DNA of 64,000 nucleotides, taken from Thermodesulfobacteriota bacterium. GTDB lineage: Bacteria > Desulfobacterota > Desulfarculia > JACQYL01. The stretch covers positions 992,001-1,056,000 of the forward strand of contig CAXXLZ010000001.1 of the NCBI GenBank assembly GCA_963675595.2, given 5' to 3'. The position numbers were made by a program, and so were the translations under genes. How positions within the stretch are numbered: position 1 is the stretch's first letter; each line of letters begins with the position of its first letter. Positions 30,556-40,672 of the stretch are shown here, one piece after another. The notes beneath the pieces were generated by a model, which ran no database searches, was not told the origin of the DNA, and worked only from the letters and a program-made list of their open reading frames with translations.

Positions 30556-31853
30556 TGGAATGCCCCCCGATAATTGGTCCATGTATAATGAGAGTCTGAA
30601 TGCCCAAAGAACGGAAGGAGACTTTTTGCATGGCCAAGAGAAAGAGACACAGCGCGGAGCAAATCATCCGGAAACTTGAAGACGCGGACCGTCGTCTGAC
30701 GGCAGGGCAGACGATAGCGCAGGTTTGCCAATCGCTGGAGGTGAGCGAGGCGACGTACCACCGGTGGCGAAACCAGTATGGGGGGATGAAGGCTGAGGAG
30801 GCCAAACGGCTAAAAGAACTGGAAAAGGAAAATGCACGCTTAAAAAAGCTGGTCGCCGATCTGATGTTGGACAAGGCAATGCTGAAGGATCTTGCGGAGG
30901 GAAACTTCTAAGCCCGGCGCGTCGTAGGAAAGCGGTTGATTATGTTCGAAGTGAACATGCCGCTTCAGAGCGTCGGGCCTGCCGCGTAGCCGGTCAACAC
31001 CGATCCACCCAACGTTATGAGCCGAAGGAACGGGACGATGAGGTGGAACTGATCAAGGCTCTTCACCGGTTGGTTGGAGAACATCCCCGTTTTGGATGCC
31101 GTAGGATCACTCGGCTGCTGCGTGATGCGGGGTGGGCGGTAAACTACAAGCGAATTCATAGACTTTGGAAAGAGGAAGGATTCAAGGTACCTCGAAAAGC
31201 CAAGAAGAAACGCTTCCTGGGAGTTGATGCCAATGCGTGCAACAAGCGTAAGGCGGCTTTTGCAAATGATGTCTGGACGTTGGATTTCATTCATGACCGC
31301 TTGGTCGACGGCCGTCAGTTCAAGTGCTTGGCCATTGTCGACGAGTTTACTCGGGAAAACCTGGCCCTGAGGATCAACCGCTCCATTACGGGTGAAGACG
31401 TTTTGAACGAGCTGAGCCGATTGATGGGCGAGCGGGGAGTTCCAACGGGCATTCGATCGGATAACGGTCCCGAATTTATAGCCCAAAAGGTGAGAAATTG
31501 GCTGAAAGACCTGGGAGTGGGAACCTTTTTCGTCGAGCCGGGAGCCCCTTGGCAGAACGGGTACGTGGAAAGTTTCAACAGCCGTTTTCGGGATGAATTC
31601 TTGAACATGGAAATTTTCAACAACATCAAGGAAGCGCAGACTCTGGCCGCCAAATGGCGGAAAGTCTATAACGAGGAAAGACCGCACAGTGCATTGAATT
31701 ACATGACCCCGGCCCAGTTCGCGGCGAGCCCTTGGGGCCACGGCGAAGCCGAGCTGAGCGAGGCGGAGTCGAGGCCCCAAGGGCCGGGGATGGAAAACCG
31801 CGAGTCATGATAAAACTCTCATAACTCCTGGACCAAAAACTGGGGGCTTGACA
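30556..31853 (+). mobile_element. IS3-family (IS407-like) element
   Basis: TG...CA ends; imperfect IR TGGAATGCCCCCCGATAATTGGTCCA / TGTCAAGCCCCCAGTTTTTGGTCCA; 4-bp TSD TCCC. Confidence 0.92.
30630..31810 (+). CDS. IS3 transposase OrfAB (-1 frameshift at GGGAAAC near 30899-30907)
   Basis: OrfA HTH 30630-30911; OrfB VWTLDF, RSDNGPEF, PWQNGYVESFN, RPHSAL. Confidence 0.9.
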
Positions 31854-32400
31854 TCCCCACAGGAATTTGGGGCGGTTGGGCCGGTGCGCGTGATCGTAAT
31901 GCCAACCGGCGCAGGGAGCTTTCTTGGACGATCTGGGCAAAGGGAAGTCGTCTATGGCGAACTCGATGGATCGGTTTGGAATCCGTTTCAGGATCAGGCG
32001 CATCCATTGCCGGGCTAGCGCAAGCCATTGGAATCGGCCCTTTTCGATGGCCTTGTAATAGGCGGTCCAGGACAACTGGGGCCGAACGGCCAGAAGCGCG
32101 GAAGAAATATGGCCGCCGCGGCAGACCATACATCCCATCAGGAGTTCCAGAAGAGTCGGAGCTATTCTGCACGGAACGGCCTGAAATAGAAAGGAAATCC
32201 ACTGCGATAGGAGCATAAGTGCTTGAGCCGTCGAATCCATTGGTTGACCCCCAAGGAAAGGTTTCTTTCCTTAAAGGGCCGCCAAAGGCGGCCGCGCATC
32301 CGCGCGGCAATGTCAAGTACTTTGTTGTCTTTATTCGCATTTTTCCTATACCAAGGGTCGCCAGACTCTAAACTCTAGTTTGTTTGCCATGGACCACAAT

Positions 32401-33282
32401 ATGCCCAAGCCTGCACGCGTTGTCACGCTTGCTTATGCGCATCATGTCAGCCGGCGAGGCAACCGCCGCCGACCAACCTTTTCCTCCGAACTGATTACGA
32501 AAACTATCCCGATCTTGTGGTCGAGTGGTGCCGTCGCCTTGGCGGCGGCATCCGGCCCATTGCCTCATGCCAACCCTGCTCATTTAATCGCCGTTCCGAA
32601 ATCCAAATAGGCCTTGTGTGGCCTTGTGTGAGGCCACAGGTGAGGCATCAAGGATTATACCGATATCGGAGCCGTTATGGCTCAGATCGGGCTGAGATGG
32701 GGCCTGCCGCCGTGCGGGCGAGGATATCGTACACCGTGGCCTGTTGAAGACCGGCTGGCCTTGCTCCGTCGTTCCCGGGTCCGCCCGACCATCCACTCAT
32801 TCGAGACCATGATCCCGCAAAAATGACGGGAATTCCCAATTGACGGGGACCTTCCTTCACGGGTTAAATAAGGAAAGAATAACCGTGCAAAATAAGCCCC
32901 GCCCTATCTCAGGAATCGCTCAAGATGATCAAAGGGCCATGGCGGCTCTGTGGGACCCGTCACGGCGTACGTTGGGTTGAGCTTGCCGCTTCTAGAGAAG
33001 GGCGGGGAAGCCAAGGACGGTCGGAAGCGGTAAATGTTCCCCGATTTTCCGCCTCCAAATAACGGATGGCCGGCGGTGCTAAATGTCGTCGTGCTTCAAG
33101 AGCCGCTTTAAGCGAAACAAATGGTGGGAACAGGTCCATCGATCCATTGGGCGGTGTATTGGATGGGTTTGGGGCCTTTAATAGAAGCGGGGCAGGCCGA
33201 GGACGGACGGAAGCCGTAAGGCATCCATCGATTAGACTGAGACAAGTCTCATACTTTGTCACGTTGGTCATCAAGGTCCCAT
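32401..33282 (+). repeat. Repeat unit 1: decayed RAYT 5' half (32401-~32665) plus conserved non-coding tail
   Basis: MPKPARVVTLAYAHHVSRRGNRRRPTF and ...HLIAVP; collinear with 34272-34835 + 37389-37505. Confidence 0.8.
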
Positions 33283-33375
33283 GATACATGGCACAGTTAT
33301 CTGACAGTTTATAGCATATATTTGCCAACAGACGTATTTTATGTTAGGCTTATTGAGTAATGAAAGGCTGTTATT

Positions 33376-34200
33376 GTGGGTCATAACTATCTCCCTAAAT
33401 ACTATCTGAAAGGATTTTGTAGATCTGAAGATAACAGTATTTGGGCTTTTGATAAAACAAGTGGCAATAAGTTTATAACGCAAATAAAGACTTTGGCGAA
33501 TATCACCGGACTATATTCTGAAGAAATAGAGCAATACTTAGCAAATGAAATAGAGAATCCTGCGAATCCAGTTCTTGATAAACTCCGAAACCACCAAACA
33601 ATTAATGATTCTGAGAAGAGCGTTTTCGCCAAGTACATTTCAGTAATGTGGAAAAGGGTTCCTCGCGCTCAAGAAGATGTGAAGAAGATGGCGCCGAGGA
33701 TCGCAGATGAAATAGGTAATAAATTGAAGTTTGATTTGATGGATAAGCAAGTCAAAATGCCCGAAGAGACCAATTTTATTGACATACGAAGAAGAGAAAT
33801 CGATGATATAATATCACGATTTAGTGAATGCCCCCCGAAAGACATATGGCTGAAGAATATTCCACCGGACCGCACACCAAATATTGTAAATGCAATAAAA
33901 TCAATGACTTGGAGATTCTTTGAATTTGATGACAATCCTGCATTCTTAACATGTGATAACCCCGTTTTCTATTTTCAAGAAATTGGTGTTGGAAGAAAAG
34001 ACTCTGAACTTTCATTTCCAATTTCAAGTCATATCGTTCTATGGGCGACATGGCGATCAGATATATCTGATAAATATATAAAGGCATCTAGTCAAGTGGT
34101 TAAGGAAATGAACAGAAGAACAGCGCACAATGCAAGCAAATTTGTTTTCCATAGTAAAGATGAATATTGGATAGGCCCTTTCTTAAAAAAGGGGAGATGA
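33376..34200 (+). CDS. DUF4238 domain protein (putative anti-phage)
   Basis: N-terminal HNYLPKYYLKGF, FLTCDNPV, FPISS motifs; strongly AT-rich. Confidence 0.75.
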   Translation: MGHNYLPKYYLKGFCRSEDNSIWAFDKTSGNKFITQIKTLANITGLYSEEIEQYLANEIENPANPVLDKLRNHQTINDSEKSVFAKYISVMWKRVPRAQEDVKKMAPRIADEIGNKLKFDLMDKQVKMPEETNFIDIRRREIDDIISRFSECPPKDIWLKNIPPDRTPNIVNAIKSMTWRFFEFDDNPAFLTCDNPVFYFQEIGVGRKDSELSFPISSHIVLWATWRSDISDKYIKASSQVVKEMNRRTAHNASKFVFHSKDEYWIGPFLKKGR

Positions 34201-34959
34201 AAACTTAATAGAATAGAATAAATAGCATTTTCATTAGGCCTAAGATATAGGAGACAGATATGTCTGCTTATACCTGCACGCGTTGTTCCGCTTGCTTATT
34301 CGCATCATGTCAGCCGGCGAGGCAACCAATGCCAACCAACCTTTTCCTCCGAAAGCGATCATGAAGCTTGTCCCGATCTCGTGGTCGAGTGGTGCCGTCG
34401 CTTTGGCGGCGGCACCCGTCCTATTGCATGCTGCCCAATCATGCTCACTTGATCGCCGTTCCCGAATCCAAGGAAGGCTTGCGCGGGGCCTCAGGTGAGG
34501 CATCAAGGATTATACCTAGACTGGAGCAGTTATGGCTCAGATCAGGTGTGATATGGCCTGCCGCCGTGCAATCGAGGATATCGTACTCCGTGGCCTGTTG
34601 AAGACCGGCTGTGCTTTCCCCGCCGTTCCTGAGTCCGCCCGACCATCCACCCATTCGAGACCATGATCCCGCAAAAATGACGGGAATTCCCAATTGACGG
34701 GGGCCTACCTGCACGCGTTATAAGAAAATGGAGCCGCGCAAAATGAGAACCGCCTTATCTCAGGATTCGCTCAAGATGATCCAAGGGCCATGGAGGGTCT
34801 GTGGGACCCGTCACGCCGTACGTTGGGTTGAGCTTTGGTTTCGCTAACCTAAAACTGACCCACCTGTGGAGGGAACGCTAACGGAAAATTGACCCACCTG
34901 TGATCAGGTCCTGATAAGTGGGATGAAGGAAGCAAAGACCGCTTGTCGGGGGTGAGGAG

Positions 34960-36465
34960 ATGCTGACGGTGGATCAATACGGCTACGTTAGGACGGCACA
35001 TCGGGTGTACGGCAAGGGGATCAGGGAGATCGCCCGAGAGACGGGGCACTCCAGGAACACGATCAAGAGAGCATTGCGGGAGGAGTACGGCGGTTACGGC
35101 GAGAGGCGACATCAGCCCTATCCTTCTTTGGGGCGGTTTCTCAAAACGATCGACGGTTGGCTGACGGAAGACCGGGAGCGGCCTCGGAAGCAGCGACATA
35201 CGGCGGCGCGGATTTACCATCGATTGAGGAAGGAGCATGGATTCGAGGGCGGGGAGAGCACGGTGAGACGTTACGTGCGTGAAGCGCGAAGGCGGTTGGG
35301 CGTGGGTGAACCCCGGGTCTTTATTCCCCTTGAGCCCGATCTCGGTATGGAGGCCGAGGTGGATTGGGGCGGCTGCCACGCCGTTGTGGCCGGAGAGTGC
35401 GTGAAGCTCAAGCTGTTTTGCATGCGTTCCAAGGGCAGCGGCAAACCGTTTGTACGCTGTTTTCCATGCGAACGGCAACAGGCGCTGTTTGAAGGACACA
35501 TGGAAGCCTTCGCCTTCTACGGAGGAGTCTTCCGGCGGTTGATCTACGACAACCTGACCACCGCGGTGCAGAAGGTGTTCAAAGGCAAGAAACGCAAGCT
35601 TCAGGAAAGTTTCGAGCGATTTCGGGCGTACTACGGCTTTGTGCCCCGATTCTGCAATCGCGGCCAGGCGCATGAGAAGGGTGGAGTGGAAGGGCTCGTA
35701 GGCTATGCTCGACGGAATTTTCTGGTGCCCGTGCCGGAAGTGGGGAGCCTGGAGGAACTCAACGCGCAGCTCTTGGCGGAATGCGCCTCCTACGGAGACC
35801 ACCGCATCACGGGTCGGGAAAAGACCGTCGAGGAGCTTTTCCAGGAGGAGAAAGGGCTTCTGATACCGCTTCCGGAGATTCCCTTCGCCAACGTGGAAGT
35901 CGTTTCCGGCAAGGTGGACAAGTACTCCACGGTCATCGTCGAGAAGAACCGTTATTCGGCGCCGCCTCGCTTCGTGGGTCTCATGACTCGCGTGATGTTG
36001 TACGTGGACCGGGTGGAGGTTTTCTACGGAGGCCGAAGGATCGCCGTGCATCCTCGGCATTACGGCAACAACAAATGGCGGCTCGATCCCATGCACTACC
36101 TGGAGTTGCTGCATCGTCGTCCCCAAGCCTTCGCCGACGCCCGGCCGATCCGCCAATGGAGAGCCGTCTGGCCGCCCTCCCTGGAAAGACTCCTGGAACG
36201 ATTTTGTGAAGCTCAGGGCGAAAATCGCGGGATCAAAGACTTCATCGGGGTGTTGAGGCTCTTCCGGGAACATGAGGAAAGGGACGTGTTTGATGCCGTG
36301 GAAGCGGCCGTGGGAGCCGGAGTGAGTTCACGGGAGGCGGTGGAACACCTTCTGATCATGTCCGAAGGCAAAGATCACGCCTCCCGGCCCGCCTCCCTTG
36401 ACGCGTGGCCGACGTTTTCACCGCCGGATGTTTCCGTGTACTCGCGGATCGGAGCGCTGTCATGA
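34960..36465 (+). CDS. istA: IS21 transposase
   Basis: HTH, RKQRHTA, EVDWG, YDNL, HEKGGVE. Confidence 0.95.
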   Translation: MLTVDQYGYVRTAHRVYGKGIREIARETGHSRNTIKRALREEYGGYGERRHQPYPSLGRFLKTIDGWLTEDRERPRKQRHTAARIYHRLRKEHGFEGGESTVRRYVREARRRLGVGEPRVFIPLEPDLGMEAEVDWGGCHAVVAGECVKLKLFCMRSKGSGKPFVRCFPCERQQALFEGHMEAFAFYGGVFRRLIYDNLTTAVQKVFKGKKRKLQESFERFRAYYGFVPRFCNRGQAHEKGGVEGLVGYARRNFLVPVPEVGSLEELNAQLLAECASYGDHRITGREKTVEELFQEEKGLLIPLPEIPFANVEVVSGKVDKYSTVIVEKNRYSAPPRFVGLMTRVMLYVDRVEVFYGGRRIAVHPRHYGNNKWRLDPMHYLELLHRRPQAFADARPIRQWRAVWPPSLERLLERFCEAQGENRGIKDFIGVLRLFREHEERDVFDAVEAAVGAGVSSREAVEHLLIMSEGKDHASRPASLDAWPTFSPPDVSVYSRIGALS

Positions 36466-37238
36466 AACCGGCCGTTCAAGCCCAGTTAACGGCCAATCTG
36501 AAAATCCTGAAGCTCTCCGCCGTCCTGAGCCATCTGGAAACGCAGTTGCGCCAAGCGCGGGAAAACAAGGAGGATTATGCGGAGTTCCTCCTTGGACTGA
36601 GTGAACTGGAAGTGGCGGCTCGAATGGAGAACGGCTGCAAACGCCGGATCCACGACGCCCGTTTCCCGCTGCTCAAGCCCATGGAGAGCTTCCGGTTCGA
36701 GGCGGCACCGGAACTCGATGTGAGGAAAATCCGGGAACTTCTTGAAGGGCAATACATCCGGGAGGCCCGCAACGTCATCTTTCTGGGCCGGAGCGGCACG
36801 GGAAAGACCCACCTGGCCACGGCCCTCGGAATGGCCGCCTGCCGACAAGGAGTACGAACCCGATTCCTGACCGGCTGTTCCTTGGCCAATGAACTGATTG
36901 AAGCCCGGGACGAAAAGGTCCTGGGCCGGGTCATGAAACGATATGCTTCCTACGGTCTGTTGATCGTAGATGAACTGGGGTATGTGCCCCTGTCCAGGGA
37001 AGGGGCGGAGCTGCTTTTTCAAGTTCTGGCCGAGCGGCATGAAAAGAAGCCCGTAATCATCACGACGAACCTCGGGTTCGGCGACTGGACACAGATCTTC
37101 GGAGACCCAACCCTGACTGCGGCGCTACTGGACCGGGTGACGCACAAGGCCCACGTCATTTCCTGTTCCTGGGAGAGCTATCGTTTGAAGGACACGCTCA
37201 AGAAAAAGCAGCCGCCTCAAGACCGGGTTCTCGGCTGA
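36462..37238 (+). CDS. istB: IS21 AAA+ ATPase
   Basis: GRSGTGKTHLA, IVDELGY, TTNL, AALLDR. Confidence 0.95.
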   Translation: MKPAVQAQLTANLKILKLSAVLSHLETQLRQARENKEDYAEFLLGLSELEVAARMENGCKRRIHDARFPLLKPMESFRFEAAPELDVRKIRELLEGQYIREARNVIFLGRSGTGKTHLATALGMAACRQGVRTRFLTGCSLANELIEARDEKVLGRVMKRYASYGLLIVDELGYVPLSREGAELLFQVLAERHEKKPVIITTNLGFGDWTQIFGDPTLTAALLDRVTHKAHVISCSWESYRLKDTLKKKQPPQDRVLG

Positions 37239-37747
37239 CAACTCCGGTCGCCTACGGCTTCCTACGTTGTCAGCCGATCCAAGCCCCGACCAGGGAGGAC
37301 GGCTGAGGAAACCCATAACCAAACCCAAGGGTGGGTCAATTTTCCGTGATCAAGGTGGGTCAATTTTGGGTTGTCATTACGAGAGCTTGCCGCGTCTGAA
37401 GGAGGGCGGGGAAGCCAAGGACGGACGGAAGAGGTAAGGATGTCCCAGGTGTCTCTCCATTAGACGAAACTCACACTTTGTCATGTTAGTCAACAACGTC
37501 CCCATAAAGATCACATCAAGATCACAGATTATGCAGCCACGTGAATCAAAAGGTCTCGATCAAGGTAGACTCAAGGAACTTCTCCGAGCAGCCATAAAAG
37601 GCTATGTTTCTTTGCTCAGTGGAGAAGATGTAGAAGCTAAACTTCGGAGAACGGTTTGGCGAGTCCACGAAGGTGGCTACAGCAGTGTTGACATTGAATT
37701 CCCATATTATACTAGAGAACGGACTCCAAAAGACTCAAAGCGCATGG

Positions 37748-39341
37748 CCCTCTGTGCCAATGAGAGTGAGACACCTACCCGTTGATAAATTAGTGTAGGG
37801 CGGGTAGGAGATGGAGCATGATGAGGCACAGAGAGAAAGAGAATCCGGATGAGGGAATCGTGGTAACGGAGGGAGTCCGTAGGACGACCGGAGTTACCAC
37901 GATCGGGAAGCACGTCACGGTCCCCGACCCGGAGGTTCCAGAGAAGAAGCCTCGTCGCAGATTTACAGCCCGGTACAAGCTGAGAATCCTGGAGGAAGCC
38001 GATGCGTGTACTGAACCGGGCCGGCTCGGGGCTCTACTTCGGCGAGAAGGCCTGTATTCTTCGAGTCTGGCGACATGGCGTAGACAACGTGACCAGGGGC
38101 AGTTGAGGGCGCTTGGGCCAAAGAAGCGAGGCCGGAAGCCCAAGCAGAAGAACCCTATGGCAGAGCGGGTGGCCCGGCTTGAAAGGGAGAACCGCCGTCT
38201 CGAGAATCAACTGAAACAGGCGCGAACCATCATCGAAGTTCAAAAAAAAATCTCGGAGATACTGGGGATCGCTCAGCCGGACCTGGACGACGACGGGAGC
38301 AGTTCATGAGCGCGGCGATGGAGCTGCGCACCGAGGTGGGAACCGTGCAGGCATGTGGAGCCATGGGCCTGCCCCGTGCGAGTTTCTATCGCCGCCTGAA
38401 GCCGGCGGCGGCCCGCACACCTCGGCCGGCGCCTCCCTTGGCTCTGAACCCCCAGGAGCGGGAAACCGTGGTCGATCTGCTTAACAGCTCCCGTTTTCAG
38501 GATGATGCTCCCCGTCAGGTCTTTGCCGTCTTGCTCGATGAAGGACAGTACTACTGCTCCATCCGGACCATGTACCGGATTCTCAAAGCGGAATCCGGTG
38601 ATGTCAAAGAGCGAAGAAAGCAGGCGTGGCGGCCTGTCTATAAAAAGCCCGAGTTGCTTGCGACCGGACCCAACAAAGTGTGGTCCTGGGATATTACGAA
38701 GCTAAAAGGGCCTGTGAAGTGGACCTATTTCCATCTTTACGTGATCATGGACATCTTCAGCCGCTACGTGGTCGGCTGGATGGTGGCCCATCGGGAAAGC
38801 GCCGCTTTGGCCAGGCAACTCATCGAAGAGACGTGCTTCAAGCAGGATATCAAGTCCGGCCAACTCATCATCCATGCGGATCGAGGCCCGGCGATGAAAG
38901 CGAAGTCCGTAGCCGAGTTCATGGGAGACATTGGAGTGACCAAGACCCACAGCCGACCCTATGTCAGCAATGATAACCCCTACTCGGAGGCGCAGTTTAA
39001 AACCCTCAAGTATTGCCCGAAATTCCCGAAACGGTTTGGATCAATCCAGGATGCCCGGTCTTTCTGCCGGGAGTTCTTCTCCTGGTACAACCCCGAGCAT
39101 CGGCATTCAGGCATCGGGTTGGTCACACCCGAACAGCTCCATTACGGACTCGCCCAGGACATTGTAGCGTGTCGCAGCCAAGTTCTTCGGGCTGCCTTCC
39201 GGAGCAACCCCAACCGTTTCAAAGGAAAGGTGCCACAGCCGCCAAAATTGCCCAAGGCCGCGTGGATCAACAAACCGTCGAGCGATGACGTGAGAGTCTA
39301 ATTTCTGAAAACAGGTGTCTCATTTTCATTGACACATTCCG
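37748..39341 (+). mobile_element. IS3-family element
   Basis: IR TGTGCCAATGAGAGTGAGACACCT / TGTGTCAATGAAAATGAGACACCT; 3-bp TSD TGG; boundaries supported by in-frame restoration of the target gene. Confidence 0.88.
37818..39301 (+). CDS. IS3 transposase OrfA/OrfB (A9 slippery site 38242-38250)
   Basis: RRRFTARYKL, GALLRREGLYSS; PNKVWSWDIT, HADRG, SNDNPYSEAQFKTLKY. Confidence 0.9.
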
Positions 39342-40672
39342 TGGAAATTATTCTGGACGCTCACGAGATACGAGCCCTTTTTGACTACCTCTGGGATGAA
39401 GGGATACGCAGCCTCCCTTTTATTAAGCCAGATCCGCCAAGACACGACTGGGAACACTTCGCCTTTTGTTGGATAGTCCATGAACCTGCAACGCGGGTAA
39501 TGGAAGACTTAGCAATTGATGAAGCGAGTGACACTGGTGACGTCACTCTGTGGAGATTGCCCAATGATGCTCTTGAAGCTCCTGTGGATGAAGTGGTTAC
39601 GAGAGTAGTCACTGGAAAAACATCCTTTGTTGCGAAATGCCCATTAAAATTTGTTAAGGGTCCCCGTGGTCTTACATTTGAGTTGGATAGCGACATCACG
39701 ATAGAAATCCCGACACGAAAGGAAATAGCTAAATACTCTAGCCGACATCATAAGGGAACTGTTTGGCGTTGCACCATGGATGAATTAGTACGTGAGGATA
39801 TAGCGATATTGGAGGTGAAAGGCAAGGTCAATAACGCACAACTCCTCCAATGGAATCCTCCAAAGACAGGTATCGAAGCGCTGGAGGAGGAAATCACTGA
39901 CACCATTGCTATCGTGAAGTGGGCTCTTTCTGCAACTAATAACCATGCAACTCCATTGATTGAGACAACGATAACCTATGAGGATATTATTGGTGGTAAA
40001 CTCGCATTAATTGGAACTGGTGAGATACAGAGGGGCCAAAGGAATGTAGGCACCAATTATGATCTCACTAGCATGGACATGGACAAAGCTTCTTGTTTGA
40101 TAAAAAAGGCGAGAAAACTGGTAGCAAAGCATTCTGAGCTATCCAAAGATTTAAAGGATTCTTTTTGGTATTGGAACAGAGCATCCTTGGCCGCATTGCA
40201 GCGCGACGCTCTCGTCGAAGCAGTAATCGGATTAGAGAATTTAGTGGTTGGTAATACGCATGAACTTAGGTATCGTTTCAGTCTTCATGGTGCTGCGTTG
40301 GTTTCCAAGCCTGACGATGATGTACAAGCTGTTTTCAAAGACTTAAGAAAAATATACGACCTAAGGAGTTCAGCGGTACATGGAAGCACCGAGGAGAAAG
40401 ACCGTGAAGCTCGTAAAGCTATTAAATATCTCTCCAAAGCATTGTTGGCAGTTATTGAATTGTGTGATATCAAGATTTTCGAATCGAACAGAAAGATATC
40501 AGATCAGATTGAAGAACGTATCCTGAAGAATAGCCCATATACGAAATTGAAAAGGTGAATATTGGTCTTGAAAAGCATTACGTTTGATACATACAGGCTT
40601 CGCACAATCACCAAGGGGTGTACTATTCATTTGTCCTGCCTAAGACTTGATGTACAATCATAGTATTTACCG

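Larger units (their letters stand above)
29640..32240 (-). pseudogene. IS701-family transposase interrupted by IS3
   Basis: AIDD...KKAP...FLWG|QLRV rejoins in frame once 30556-31853 and one TSD are removed; LDAWY, YARRWWTEPMFNEIK. Confidence 0.85.
29531..32374 (-). mobile_element. IS701-family element carrying a nested IS3
   Basis: IR AGTTTAGAG.../...CTCTAAACT; CTAG TSD at 29527-29530 and 32375-32378. Confidence 0.85.
34836..37382 (+). mobile_element. IS21-family element
   Basis: Repeated subterminal AAA(A/C/T)TGACCCACC boxes at both ends; 6-bp TSD GAGCTT (34830-34835, 37383-37388); the empty site is visible in unit 1 near 32975-32988. Confidence 0.93.
34272..37505 (+). repeat. Repeat unit 2 (decayed RAYT plus tail), split by IS21
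   Basis: YCMLPNHAHLIAVPESKEGL HUH-like motif; the sequence after IS21 resumes alignment with unit 1 (GAGCTTGCCG...GGGCGGGGAAGCCAAGGACGG...ACTTTGTCA). Confidence 0.8.
37531..40558 (+). pseudogene. ApeA-like HEPN protein (~476 aa) interrupted by IS3
   Basis: Removing 37748-39341 and one TGG fuses MQPRES...SKRM to EIILDAHE... in frame; C-terminal IGLENL...ELRYRF...IYDLRSSAVHG (RxxxxH). Confidence 0.75.

Noticed and set aside
32675-34714. Conserved small minus-strand ORFs (GPRQLGIPVIFAGSWSRM) in both repeat units
   Set aside because: Starts and stops differ between copies; similarity is explained by DNA repeat identity
32401-40600. Integron with attC cassettes
   Set aside because: No IntI tyrosine recombinase and no convincing RYYYAAC...GTTRRRY hairpins; the repeats are long and lie upstream of the cargo
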